From: an uncultured Armatimonadia bacterium
Lineage (GTDB): Bacteria; Armatimonadota; Zipacnadia; Zipacnadales; UBA5352
DNA: 64,000 bases
Reading direction: 5' to 3'
Assembly (NCBI GenBank): GCA_964617715.1
Contig: CAZTZN010000002.1
Coordinates: 23,441 to 87,440 of the forward strand
Shown here: piece by piece, positions 27,990 to 37,939 of the stretch
How positions within the stretch are numbered: the first letter of the stretch is position 1
Layout of the letters: each line of letters starts with the position of its first letter
Notes under the pieces: generated by a model
Database searches by the model: none
The model's input: the letters and a program-made list of their open reading frames with translations, nothing else
What the model was told of the DNA's origin: nothing
Position numbers and translations under genes: made by a program

Positions 27990-29956
27990 TGTCCGTGCCT
28001 CGCGCGACGCTGGCGGCCGTCGTGCTGGGGGCATCGCTGTTGGTGGCGCGGGCCGCGCCCACCCCGACGGTCGCGGTTGTGCACGGTGATTTCCTCGGCG
28101 GCGCCGGCCCCGAAACGGCGCAGATCAGCCGCGAGCGCTACGAGGCTGTCCTGCGCGCGCTGGAAGCTGCGGGCATCCCCTACCAGGAGAGTTCGGACAC
28201 CATCGTTGAGCAGTGGGGCCTGCCCGCGGTGCCCGTCGCCATCATGCCCTACAGTCGCGCCGTCAGCGACGAGGAGGCGCGCCACCTGCGTGCCTTCCTG
28301 GCTCGCCCCGCGCGTCTGATCGTCTTCTACACCGCGCGCGAGGACCTGGCCGCCGAGTTGGGCGCGGCGCTCGGCCCCGTCACGCACGAGGATTTCCCGG
28401 GGCAGTTCTTCTCGCTGCGCCCCCCCGACGGGCGGCTGCTTGGCCAGCCCGACGCGCTCGCCCTCGACGCACGTACCATCCGCCCGCTCAAGCCCATCGA
28501 CGGACGGTGCTACGGGACCTGGTACACGGTCTCCGGCCACCCGACGGCCCACGCCGGCCTCGTGGTCTCGGACCGCGGCGCACTCGTCGGTGCCCCGCCC
28601 TCGCCCGACAGCAAGCCCGCGCTCGTGCAACTGCTGCGCGCGCTCGTCGGGCGCTTTGCGCCGGAGCTGTGGACCGCGCTGGCGCCACGCGATCCGCGCC
28701 TGATCGGCCCCGTCGGTCACTACGATTCGCTGACCGACTTGGACGCCGCGCTGCGCGCCAACAGCGCCGAGTATCTGGGCGGCGCCCGCGCGGACGTTCG
28801 CGAGGCCTTCGGACTGCTCAGCTCGATCTCCGACCTGCTCATGCGAGGACGCCAGGAGGAGGCCATCGCCGCCTCCCGCCGGGCACGCGAGTTGGGCCAG
28901 CGCGCGTGGTACCGCTCGTACCCGTCATATTCGCCGGAGATCCGCGGTGTGTGGGCTGCGGACACGGTAGATGGTGGCTGGGACCGGGCCATCCGCAACC
29001 TCGCCGCCGCCAACTTCAACGTAGTCTTCCCGTACATGGCCTCGGGCGCGGCGGCTTACTACCCGAGTGCGGTGCTGCCGCGCTGCACCAACTCGCATGG
29101 CAATCCGCTGCGCGATGCCATCGCCGCCGGACGCGCGCACGGTGTGTCCGTGCACCCGCGCATCCTGGGATTCTTCACCATGGGCGCCTCACCGGAACTC
29201 AAGGACTGGTACAGGTCCCAGGGCCGCATTGCCCGCCGACCCGAGGGCTACGACATCAACTGGCTGTGCCCGTCAAACCATGACAACCGGCAGCAGATCA
29301 TCGACACCGCGCTGGAGATGGTGACCACGTACGGGGCCGACGGCGTGCAGTTCGATTACTTGCGGTACAGTTGGAAGGACCGCTGCGTCTGCGCCACCTG
29401 TCGTGAGCGATTTGAAACCGAGACGGGCGTTCGAGTGAATAACTGGCCGGGGGATGTGCTGACCGGGCCGCTGCACGGCCGATGGCTGGAGTGGCGGAGG
29501 GAGACGATCACCTCGCTGTTGCGCACTGTGCGCCGCAGGATGAGGGAGGTCCGCCCCGACGCCACCCTCTCGGCGGCGGTCTTCATCAACTGGGAGAGCC
29601 ACCGCGACAGCTTCGGCCAGGACTGGAAGCGCTGGATCGACGAGGGGCTGGTGGACTTCGTCGCGCCCATGACCTACGTGGCCGACATGGACCGCTTCCA
29701 GGGCTGGGTGGTGAAGCAGGAGGCGTGGGCGGGCGGCAAGGTCCCGGTCGCGATGGGCATCGGGCCGTTCGCCGACATCGACCCGCAGATCACGCCTCAG
29801 GGGGTGCTCGACCAGATTCAGGCAGCGCGCCGACTCGGCTGCGAGGGATTTGTGCTCTTCAACTATCAACGCGCCCTCGCCGAGGACTATCTGCCGGTGC
29901 TCGCGTTGGGCGCGACCGGCACGCCCGCGGAGATGGCGACACAGGCCCGGCAATGA
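27989..29956 (+). CDS. Secreted glycoside-hydrolase-like TIM-barrel protein (GHL10 / family 10 glycosylhydrolase-like)
   Basis: The ATG overlaps the argS stop (TGATG); the track ORF starts at GTG 27986. Signal peptide MSVPRATLAAVVLGASLLVARA. GHL10-like motif ADGVQFDYLRY. Confidence 0.5.
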   Translation: MSVPRATLAAVVLGASLLVARAAPTPTVAVVHGDFLGGAGPETAQISRERYEAVLRALEAAGIPYQESSDTIVEQWGLPAVPVAIMPYSRAVSDEEARHLRAFLARPARLIVFYTAREDLAAELGAALGPVTHEDFPGQFFSLRPPDGRLLGQPDALALDARTIRPLKPIDGRCYGTWYTVSGHPTAHAGLVVSDRGALVGAPPSPDSKPALVQLLRALVGRFAPELWTALAPRDPRLIGPVGHYDSLTDLDAALRANSAEYLGGARADVREAFGLLSSISDLLMRGRQEEAIAASRRARELGQRAWYRSYPSYSPEIRGVWAADTVDGGWDRAIRNLAAANFNVVFPYMASGAAAYYPSAVLPRCTNSHGNPLRDAIAAGRAHGVSVHPRILGFFTMGASPELKDWYRSQGRIARRPEGYDINWLCPSNHDNRQQIIDTALEMVTTYGADGVQFDYLRYSWKDRCVCATCRERFETETGVRVNNWPGDVLTGPLHGRWLEWRRETITSLLRTVRRRMREVRPDATLSAAVFINWESHRDSFGQDWKRWIDEGLVDFVAPMTYVADMDRFQGWVVKQEAWAGGKVPVAMGIGPFADIDPQITPQGVLDQIQAARRLGCEGFVLFNYQRALAEDYLPVLALGATGTPAEMATQARQ

Positions 29957-29972
29957 GGAGGCTGGTGCACCG

Positions 29973-30749
29973 ATGCGCGCAATGATCGGTCTGACCGCGC
30001 TGCACATCCTCGCCCTGCCCGTACTGGTGTTTGCACAGGATACGGCGCAGCCCGTGCCGCCCACCCGGGATCCGGTGACCTTCCTCGCCGCCGGTGAGGA
30101 CGCGCCGCTCCTGCAGGGCGAGTTCTCGATCCCGCAGAGGCCGAACCCGGCGACCCTCGTTCCCGGCGTGGTCATCTGCCATCCGAACCCGCTCATGGGC
30201 GGCAACATGTACAACAACGTGGTGCTGGCGCTGCGCAATCACTGCCTGGAGCTGGGGATGGCGACTCTCATCTTCAACTTCCGCGGCGTCGGGCGGTCGG
30301 AGGGCGAGCCGACCGACGACCCCGCGTGCGCCGATGACGTCCTGGGCGCGCTGGCCTTCATGCGCGCGCAACCGGCGGTGGATGCCGAGCGCTGCGGGCT
30401 GGCGGGCTACTCCTTCGGCTCGCAGATGGCGCTGGCGGCCTGCGGGCGTGACCCCATCGTGCTCGCCTGCGCCGCCGTGGGCCTGCCCACCGGGCTGGCG
30501 CAGCCGGTGACCGTCGAGGACTTCGCGTACCTCGACGGCATCGAGCGCCCGCTCCTGTTCGTCACCGGTACCGATGATCAGTACAGCTCGATCCCGAACA
30601 TCTTCGCGCTCGTGGACCATTACGAGCTGCAGGCGCGTGTCATCCCCATGGAGGGCGTCGATCACTTCTACACCGAGCCCGAGAGCCTGGCGCTGATGGC
30701 CACGCAGGTCGCGCAGTTCCTGGCGATGAAGCTGGTGGGCGAGCCGTAG
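29973..30749 (+). CDS. Secreted alpha/beta-hydrolase (esterase-like)
   Basis: ATG at 29973. Signal peptide MRAMIGLTALHILALPVLVFAQD. Nucleophile elbow GYSFGS. The C-terminal region has Asp/His. Confidence 0.65.
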   Translation: MRAMIGLTALHILALPVLVFAQDTAQPVPPTRDPVTFLAAGEDAPLLQGEFSIPQRPNPATLVPGVVICHPNPLMGGNMYNNVVLALRNHCLELGMATLIFNFRGVGRSEGEPTDDPACADDVLGALAFMRAQPAVDAERCGLAGYSFGSQMALAACGRDPIVLACAAVGLPTGLAQPVTVEDFAYLDGIERPLLFVTGTDDQYSSIPNIFALVDHYELQARVIPMEGVDHFYTEPESLALMATQVAQFLAMKLVGEP

Positions 30750-30788
30750 GGGCAGGTTCCCTGTACCGGTGCGCGGAAACTCCTGTCA

Positions 30789-32387
30789 TTGTCTGAAGTC
30801 TACTGTGTCGGTGCATCACATAGTGGGCTAATTCCCACGGATGGTGAGCGACTCATGCGCGAGACACGCCGTGAGCTGGCGCGCCGGCCGCGCCGCATCA
30901 TATTCAACAACGATGGTGACGATGCGGTCTACGAGTGCGATGAGCCCACCGGCGAGAACCTGCTGGCCCAGCGCACGACACCCCTGCTGGGCTCGCAGGT
31001 GGACAGCATCTTCTACTGCCCGTGGTGCTCGGGCTTCGGGCTGACCACCATGCGCAGCGACGTCGCCGAGCGCTTCGTGACCACCGACCGCATCTTCCAC
31101 AGGAACATCACCGGAGCGCTGCACGACCAGGGCACCGACCCGTCGCAGATCATGAGCGAGTTCTGCCGCGCGCACGGCCTGGAGTACTTCTGGTCGCTGC
31201 GCATGAACGACGTGCATGACGGCGCCATGACCGCGGAAGGTGACTTCTACTACCCCGAGCTGTTCCCGCAGTTCAAACGCGATCACCCCCAGTTCCTCAT
31301 CGGTGAGAAGGGCGAGGCGCCGCCATTCACGCGCGATGGCCGCTGCTGGTCGAGCGTCAACTTCGCCGAGCCGGTGGTTCGCGAGCGTTGCTTTCGCATC
31401 ATTGAGGACGCCATCAGACGCTACGACATCGACGGCATTGAACTGGACTTCTGCCGCCACCTGTGCTACTTCCGCAGCCACGCATTTGCCGGCGCGGCGA
31501 CGCAGGAGGACCGTGACGCGATGACCGGACTGATGAGACGCGTGCGTGAGCTTGCGGTCGCGCGGGAAGGGGAGTTGGGCCGACCGCTGCTCGTCGCGGT
31601 GCGCGTGCCCGACTCCGTGGACTACTGCCGCGATGTGGGGCTCGACCTCGAGGCCTGGCTCGCCGAGGAGCTGGCCGACATCCTCATCGTGACCGACTAC
31701 TTCCGTCTGCGCCCGTGGCAGGCAAGCGTTGAACTGGGAGCGCGCTATGATGTCCCCGTCTTCGCCTGCCTGGCCGACCCTCGGGTAACCGACGCGATCG
31801 CCAACCGCCGGCGTCTGCAGCCCGCGACCTACCGCGGTCGCGCCGCTGCCGCCTGGTACGCCGGCGCCGATGCGATCTATATCTACAACCTGTTCGACCC
31901 GCGCAGCCGCATCTGGCGGGAGCTGGGCGATCCGGTGGCGTTGCGCAGGATGGACAAGACCTACTGGGCCTCCGCCCTGGGCCCCAAGGCCATCGAGTAC
32001 TACCTGGTCGGCGGCGAGCGCTACAACGAGACCGAGACCCTGTGCCCTGATCGCCCGGCCGCGCTGGCGGCTGGCGAGACGCTGCGCGTGACCATCGAGA
32101 CCGGCGACGAAGACACCGACGCCGCGCCGATGCTCACGCTCAGCCTGCAGATCCAGGACGTGCTCGACCCCGCAGCGCTCGCGGTTGCTCTCAACGGCTC
32201 GCGCGTTGACGGGGGCGTGGTGGACGACGGCTGGCTGCGCCTGTTTCCGGATGTCTCTCTGCTCCGCGCGGGCGCGAATGAGGTCACGATCGCGCTCACG
32301 CGCTCGGCAGGCGATACGCCGACGGTGCGCGACCTGCGTCTGGACGTCACCTACCCGCAGCCCGCGGCCGACCGGACGCCCCGATGA
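30789..32387 (+). CDS. Cytoplasmic glycoside-hydrolase-like TIM-barrel protein, distantly similar to the adjacent GHL10-like gene
   Basis: Motif DIDGIELDFCRH parallels DGVQFDYLRY of the GHL10-like protein at 27989..29956. No signal peptide. Confidence 0.4.
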   Translation: MSEVYCVGASHSGLIPTDGERLMRETRRELARRPRRIIFNNDGDDAVYECDEPTGENLLAQRTTPLLGSQVDSIFYCPWCSGFGLTTMRSDVAERFVTTDRIFHRNITGALHDQGTDPSQIMSEFCRAHGLEYFWSLRMNDVHDGAMTAEGDFYYPELFPQFKRDHPQFLIGEKGEAPPFTRDGRCWSSVNFAEPVVRERCFRIIEDAIRRYDIDGIELDFCRHLCYFRSHAFAGAATQEDRDAMTGLMRRVRELAVAREGELGRPLLVAVRVPDSVDYCRDVGLDLEAWLAEELADILIVTDYFRLRPWQASVELGARYDVPVFACLADPRVTDAIANRRRLQPATYRGRAAAAWYAGADAIYIYNLFDPRSRIWRELGDPVALRRMDKTYWASALGPKAIEYYLVGGERYNETETLCPDRPAALAAGETLRVTIETGDEDTDAAPMLTLSLQIQDVLDPAALAVALNGSRVDGGVVDDGWLRLFPDVSLLRAGANEVTIALTRSAGDTPTVRDLRLDVTYPQPAADRTPR

Positions 32388-32546
32388 CCCCCGGCTCCCA
32401 CCTGCCGTCGCCTGAGCGCGGCGCCGCCCTGTGGGCGACGCCGCGTCGATCTGAAGGGCACGCCCCGGAGCGCGGCGAAGTAGCCCCCATCACAGAGCAC
32501 AGCCGGCGGCCATGCCGCCGCTCGACGACGGATCGGGAGGACCACC

Positions 32547-33344
32547 ATGAAGGTCGGACTGAGCGGGATCATCACACCATCGGAATGGAGCTACCAGCAG
32601 ACACTGCAGAACGCGAAGGATGCCGGTTACGAGGCGTTCGAGCTGACCTTCCGTGAGGATCGCGACACCAGGCTCGACACCATGACCGACCAGAAGATCG
32701 CGGACATGGTGAAGATGGCCGAGGACATGGGCATTGAGCTGGCCGCCGCGGTCGGCTCGGGGGAGCCGCGGCCCGATATCATGACCGGCGATGAGGGCCG
32801 CCGCCGCGAAAGCATCGACGAGATCAAGCATATCCTCGAAGTTGTGCACAAGTTCGGCATTGACACCTGGCTGCTCGTGCCCGGGCGGGTCAGCGAGGAG
32901 TGCCACTACGACGATGCCTACTACAACGCGCGTGATGCGCTGGCGGAGCTGGCTCCCTTCGCCGAGGACATCGACGTGGTCATCGCGGTCGAATACGTCT
33001 GGAACCGCTTCCTGCTCTCCCCCATGGAGTTCGCCCGCTTCCTCGACGAGATCGGGTCATCGCACGTGGGTCTCTACTTCGACACCGGCAACATGGTCAT
33101 CCAGAGCTACCCCGAGCAGTGGGTGAAGATCGTCGGCACCGGCGTGAAGAAGGTGCACTTCAAGGACTTCAAGCGCGAGGGCTACCAGTGGACGCCGCTG
33201 CTCGAGGGCGATGTCAACTTCCCGCTGGTCATGGCGGAGCTGCGCAAGATCGGCTACGACGACGCGCTGACCTCCGAAGTCAGCCCGCGCATCGAGTCGC
33301 TGGAGGCGACTGCGGCCAAGATCCGCCAGATCATGGAGATGTGA
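32547..33344 (+). CDS. Sugar phosphate isomerase/epimerase (xylose-isomerase-like TIM barrel)
   Basis: 265-aa translation with AP-endonuclease-2/xylose isomerase-like features (AVEYVWNRFL, GLYFDTGN, KVHFKD). Confidence 0.6.
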   Translation: MKVGLSGIITPSEWSYQQTLQNAKDAGYEAFELTFREDRDTRLDTMTDQKIADMVKMAEDMGIELAAAVGSGEPRPDIMTGDEGRRRESIDEIKHILEVVHKFGIDTWLLVPGRVSEECHYDDAYYNARDALAELAPFAEDIDVVIAVEYVWNRFLLSPMEFARFLDEIGSSHVGLYFDTGNMVIQSYPEQWVKIVGTGVKKVHFKDFKREGYQWTPLLEGDVNFPLVMAELRKIGYDDALTSEVSPRIESLEATAAKIRQIMEM

Positions 33345-33376
33345 GCGGCTATCCGACGCCGCTCCCGCCGGGGGTG

Positions 33377-34120
33377 ATGGCAGTGACGCTGAACGTGGCC
33401 CACCGCGGGGATCCCTCCAGCGCGCCTGAGAGCACGCTGCCGGCATTTGAGGCGGCGATGGCCCTGGGCGTGGACATGGTCGAGTTCGACGTCCACCAGC
33501 TCGCCGATGGTGCGCTGGTGGTCATGCACGACGCCACGGTTGATCGCTGCACCGACGGCTCGGGCGCGCTGGCAGAGATGACCCTCAATCAGGTGCGCGC
33601 GCTCGACGCCGGATCGTGGTTCTCCCCCCGGTTCGCGGGCGTGCAGGTTCCGACCATGGCCGAGGCCCTGGCGGCGCTGCCCGAACCGGTGTTGCTCAAC
33701 ATCCACTTGAAGACGGTTCCCCAAGGTTCCGGCGGGTTCGAGCGCGCGGTGCTGGCGGAGATTGAAGCGGCCGGGGCCGAGCCCCGATCCCTGATTGTGC
33801 ACCACGACCTGGCGACCCTCGACCGCATGCGCGCGATGGCGCCGGAGCTGCGCTACTGCCTGCTGCCGGACACGCCCGACGGCTTCGAGTACATCGCTCG
33901 GGCCGCCACTGAAGGCTTCAGCGTGCTCCAGCCCGGGCGCGGGATGATGAGCGCCGAGTTCTGCCGGGCGGTTCACGACGCCGAGATGGTCGCCAACGTC
34001 TTCTACGCCGATGACGCCGAGACGATGGAGCAGTATGTCGCCTGGGGCATCGACGGCATCCTGACCAACCGCCCGGCCCTGCTCGCCCGGGTCCTGGGCG
34101 AACCGGGCAGCAATCACTGA
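33377..34120 (+). CDS. Glycerophosphodiester phosphodiesterase family protein
   Basis: HRGD...E.T..AFEAAMALGVDMVEFDVH...DGALVVMHD matches the GDPD catalytic N-terminus. An in-frame GTG at 33341 overlapping the upstream stop is an alternative start. Confidence 0.7.
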   Translation: MAVTLNVAHRGDPSSAPESTLPAFEAAMALGVDMVEFDVHQLADGALVVMHDATVDRCTDGSGALAEMTLNQVRALDAGSWFSPRFAGVQVPTMAEALAALPEPVLLNIHLKTVPQGSGGFERAVLAEIEAAGAEPRSLIVHHDLATLDRMRAMAPELRYCLLPDTPDGFEYIARAATEGFSVLQPGRGMMSAEFCRAVHDAEMVANVFYADDAETMEQYVAWGIDGILTNRPALLARVLGEPGSNH

Positions 34121-34121
34121 G

Positions 34122-35402
34122 GTGATCGGGATGAAGTGCGCAGCACTCTTCGCGGCAGTCGCGCTGACCTGCACGTACGTCGCCGACGCGGCCACGGTTC
34201 ACGTCCGGGGGGCGGATGGCCACTGGATCGAGATTGAGGCGCAAACCGATGGCGACATTGTCAGCTTCACCATCACCCCCGAGCAGGCGGCCGGCGGCCG
34301 CGCGCTGGTAGTGATCAACAAGCCCGACTGGATGGTGCTCGATGATGCCGAGCCGCCGCGGGTGATCGGCTACACGCTCGGCGACGAGACCATCGAGCTG
34401 AGCCCCGGGGCAGCCATCGAACTCGGCGCGGTCGGCGACGGGACGCGTATCTCGCTGGACATCGCCGACAACGCCAACCCGATAGATGTCAACTCCCTGG
34501 CCCTGCGCGTTACGGGCGGGGCGGAGGCAACCTTCCAGGTCACCGAGGAAGACCGGGAGGGGCACTCGGCGGTGGTCGAGTTGGACCTGAGCCGCCTGGG
34601 GCCGGGCGCGTACGACGGCACGATTACCGTCGCCGACCTGGCGCCATCGGGCAATACCGCCGAGCTGCCTGTCCGCTTCTCGATCTTCGGCATGAAGGTC
34701 ACACCCGACGGGCAAACTATCCGCCTCGCTGCAGGCGGCGCGGGTTTCTCGATCAACGGCGACCCACGGCAGACCGTCACCGTGGAGGCCGCGGGGGTCT
34801 CGGCCTATCCGACCCTGCAGATCGGTGCGCCTTACCTTTACGTGCGCGATTTCGCCCAGGTGCGGGAGTTGGCGTCCGTCTCCGGCTGGCACATGATGGA
34901 GGCGGACTGCGCGCTCGAGGACATCGACGGCAACCCGATGACGAACGAAGAGGCGGGGGCTCAGGTGCGCCTGGTCATCGCCGCCCATCCGGAACTGCCG
35001 GTCACCGTAGTGCGCACCGAGGTGACCAACCTGGCCGACGCGCGCGACGTCTACTGCTTCTGGGGCTGGCTGCCGGGTGCCAACTACGTGACGCCCGACG
35101 GCGAGACGCACGAATGGTCAATGCAGTACCGCGACTTCGGGCACCCGGGTTGGGTCTACATCGCGCCGCGCGATCCGAGCCGATCCGGAGTCGGCTGGAT
35201 CACGCCTGCGGTCTTCGGCGAGTCGCGCTTCGGAACGATGATCGTGTACACTGACCCCAAGAAGATCACGGTCGAGCATGGCGAGAGCGTCTCCACGGTG
35301 TTCGCGATCATGCCCGCGACCGGACCCGAGGCCGTGCGCACCGCCGCAGAGGCCCTGGCGCGGTCGGCCCTCGAGGAGTTTGCCGCGGTGCTCGGCGAGT
35401 AA
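34122..35402 (+). CDS. Secreted hypothetical protein
   Basis: Signal peptide MIGMKCAALFAAVALTCTYVADA. 426 aa with a beta-rich composition and good GC3 bias. It starts 2 nt after the GDPD stop. Confidence 0.5.
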   Translation: MIGMKCAALFAAVALTCTYVADAATVHVRGADGHWIEIEAQTDGDIVSFTITPEQAAGGRALVVINKPDWMVLDDAEPPRVIGYTLGDETIELSPGAAIELGAVGDGTRISLDIADNANPIDVNSLALRVTGGAEATFQVTEEDREGHSAVVELDLSRLGPGAYDGTITVADLAPSGNTAELPVRFSIFGMKVTPDGQTIRLAAGGAGFSINGDPRQTVTVEAAGVSAYPTLQIGAPYLYVRDFAQVRELASVSGWHMMEADCALEDIDGNPMTNEEAGAQVRLVIAAHPELPVTVVRTEVTNLADARDVYCFWGWLPGANYVTPDGETHEWSMQYRDFGHPGWVYIAPRDPSRSGVGWITPAVFGESRFGTMIVYTDPKKITVEHGESVSTVFAIMPATGPEAVRTAAEALARSALEEFAAVLGE

Positions 35403-35425
35403 CAGCCTTCATGCACGCACGGAAA

Positions 35426-35456
35426 GAGGCGGCCCGGCGAGATGCCGGGCCGCCTC
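35426..35456. terminator. Bidirectional terminator hairpin between convergent genes (GAGGCGGCCCGGC-GAGAT-GCCGGGCCGCCTC)
   Basis: Perfect 13-bp inverted repeat read from the sequence. Short U-rich flanks on both strands. Confidence 0.5.
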
Positions 35457-35479
35457 AGTGGGTGTGATGCGTCCGCAGG

Positions 35480-37744
35480 TCAGGCTACCTGGTCGCTGCT
35501 CACACGCTTCTGAACCTCGACCTGCGCCTCACCCTTGCGCTTGGAGATGACCAGGGCGATCGCGATGATGACCGCCAGCACCAGGCCGGTGAGGATCAAC
35601 GCGAGGGAACCGGCGGCCTTGACGATGATCGGGACTACCAGCAGCCCCACCAGGTTCATGACCTTGATGAGTGGGTTCAGAGCCGGACCGGCGGTGTCCT
35701 TGAACGGATCGCCGACGGTGTCGCCCGTGACCGCGGCGGCGTGGGCATCGGAGCCCTTGCCGCCGTAGGCGCCGTCCTCAATGACCTTCTTGGCGTTATC
35801 CCAGGCGCCACCGGCGTCACACAGCAGCACCGCCATGAGCTGGCCGCTCACGATGATCCCGGCGAGGAAACCGCCCAGGCCCAGCCACCCCAGCCAGGCG
35901 CCCACCACGACAGGGGCAAGCACCGCCAGCAGGCCGGGGGCGACAAGCTCCTTGATGGCCGACGTCGTGCAGATGTCCACGACCTTGGCTGACTCGGGCA
36001 TGGCCGTGCCCTCCATCAGGCCGGGGATCTCGCGGAACTGCCGCCGCACCTCGTTGATGATGAAGAAGGCGGCGCGGCCGACCGCGCGGATGGTCATCGA
36101 ACTGAACAGGAACGGCATGGCGCCGCCCACCAGCAGCCCGATGAACACCCTCGGGTCATCCAGCGGGATCGAGTACTGCGTGAGCGCGGCGGCGCTCACC
36201 GCCTCACCCGCCGACGCGCCCGCCTCGGCCCCCGCCACCTTCGACAGGTAGGAACCGAACAGGGCGATCGCCGCAATGACCGCCGAAGCAATCGCAAGCC
36301 CCTTCGTGGCCGCCTTTGTGGTGTTGCCCACCGCGTCCAGCACCTCGACGACCGGCATGGCCTCGGGCACGTCGGCCATCTCACAGATCCCCTGGGCGTT
36401 GTCGGCCACCGGGCCGTAGGTGTCCATGGAGATGACCACACCGGTGGTGGTCAGCATGCCCAGGCCGACGAGCGAGACGCCGTAGAGGATGCCGATGGGC
36501 CCCTCCTCGCCGAATACGAAGATCGAGAAGCCGATTGCCAGACAGATGACCATCAACGCCCACACGGTGCCCTCGAGGCCCACACCGAAGCCGGCCAGCA
36601 GGTTGGTGGCCGCACCGGTCTGCGAGGCCTCAGCAATCTCCTGCACCGGCTCGTACTGACTCGAGGTGTAGTACTCGGTGAGCTTGTAGATACCGATGGC
36701 CAGCGCCAGGCCGGCGAGCGTCGCCAGGAACAGCTTCAGGTCGTGAGCGTAGTACTGGGCGACGAAGAAGAAGCCGATGGCCGACAGCACGGCGCTCCAC
36801 ACGAAGCCGCGCGTGATCGGCTTCATCGGGTGTTCCTCTTCGTTACGCAGCCTGACGATGGACGTGCCGATGATCGAGGTGATCACGCCGATGCCACGCA
36901 CGATCAGCGGGAAGATGATCCACACGCGCGCCAGCTCGGGGTTGGTCTCCGCGTGCGCCAGCGCCAGGATCATCGAGGCAACCAGCGTGACTTCGTAGGA
37001 CTCGAAGATGTCGGCCGCCATCCCGGCGCAGTCGCCCACGTTGTCGCCGACGTTGTCGGCGATGACCGCGGCGTTGCGCGGATCATCCTCGGGGATGCCG
37101 GCCTCGACCTTGCCGACCAGGTCGGCGCCGACGTCGGCGGCCTTGGTGTAGATGCCCCCTCCCACACGCATGAACAGCGCGAGCAGCGAGCCGCCGAAGC
37201 CGAAGCCCAGCAACACCTCAGTGGCGAACTGCTTGTAAACCATGAAGATGATGGTCGCGCCCACCAGGCCCATGGCCACGGTGAACATCCCCGCCACCGC
37301 GCCCGAGCGGAAGGCGACGGCGAGCGCGCCGCTCATGCTGGTGCGCGCGGCGTTCGCGCAGCGCACATTGCCGCGCACCGCCAGGTTCATGCCGATGAAC
37401 CCGGTCAGGCCTGAGGCAACACACCCGAGCAGGAACGCGATGCCCCTGCCCAGCCCCAGCGCCCAGCCGGAGATCTGCTCGCCACCGGCGGTGAGGCCGG
37501 TGAGGGTCAGCGCGATGAACAGGATGACCACCAGTCCGGCGATCGTGCGGAACTGGCGGTTGAGGTAGGCCGCCGCGCCCTCCTGGATCTGCCCCGCCAC
37601 CTGTTGCATCTTCTCGGTGCCCGGATCCTTGCCCAGGATCTCCTTGCGCAACATCAGGCCATAGATGAGGCCGACCACTGCCGAGCCCAGTGTGGCCCAC
37701 AGAGCGACGGTCTCGAAGGTTGTGAACTGGCCGAACTCTTGCAC
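35480..37744 (-). CDS. hppA: Membrane-bound proton/sodium-translocating pyrophosphatase
   Basis: 754-aa polytopic protein with diagnostic motifs GGIYTKAADVGADLVGK, DNVGDNVGD, DTYGP. GTG start at 37744 with an upstream GGGAGGAA SD. Confidence 0.9.
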   Translation of the reverse strand: MQEFGQFTTFETVALWATLGSAVVGLIYGLMLRKEILGKDPGTEKMQQVAGQIQEGAAAYLNRQFRTIAGLVVILFIALTLTGLTAGGEQISGWALGLGRGIAFLLGCVASGLTGFIGMNLAVRGNVRCANAARTSMSGALAVAFRSGAVAGMFTVAMGLVGATIIFMVYKQFATEVLLGFGFGGSLLALFMRVGGGIYTKAADVGADLVGKVEAGIPEDDPRNAAVIADNVGDNVGDCAGMAADIFESYEVTLVASMILALAHAETNPELARVWIIFPLIVRGIGVITSIIGTSIVRLRNEEEHPMKPITRGFVWSAVLSAIGFFFVAQYYAHDLKLFLATLAGLALAIGIYKLTEYYTSSQYEPVQEIAEASQTGAATNLLAGFGVGLEGTVWALMVICLAIGFSIFVFGEEGPIGILYGVSLVGLGMLTTTGVVISMDTYGPVADNAQGICEMADVPEAMPVVEVLDAVGNTTKAATKGLAIASAVIAAIALFGSYLSKVAGAEAGASAGEAVSAAALTQYSIPLDDPRVFIGLLVGGAMPFLFSSMTIRAVGRAAFFIINEVRRQFREIPGLMEGTAMPESAKVVDICTTSAIKELVAPGLLAVLAPVVVGAWLGWLGLGGFLAGIIVSGQLMAVLLCDAGGAWDNAKKVIEDGAYGGKGSDAHAAAVTGDTVGDPFKDTAGPALNPLIKVMNLVGLLVVPIIVKAAGSLALILTGLVLAVIIAIALVISKRKGEAQVEVQKRVSSDQVA

Positions 37745-37917
37745 TGTCCGATTCCTCCCAGCATTTCAGCCTGTACACACGGACAGGCTGACTGTGGTAC
37801 ACAACGCGGGTCTCTGAGGATGGGAATATCAGAGCCGAGGCTGTGCCTGGTCTGCGAAGGTTCGTCCCATTGTAACCATCGGCCCCATCGCAGGCAAGAC
37901 CCGGTTGGCCGATGGCG

Positions 37918-37939
37918 AAAAAAAGGGCTACGCGAGCCC
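37918..37939 (-). terminator. Rho-independent terminator after uppP (minus-strand RNA GGGCUCGCGUAGCCC + U7); the stop codon lies within the stem
   Basis: The plus strand reads aaaaaaa-GGGCTACGCGAGCCC at 37918-37939. Confidence 0.55.
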
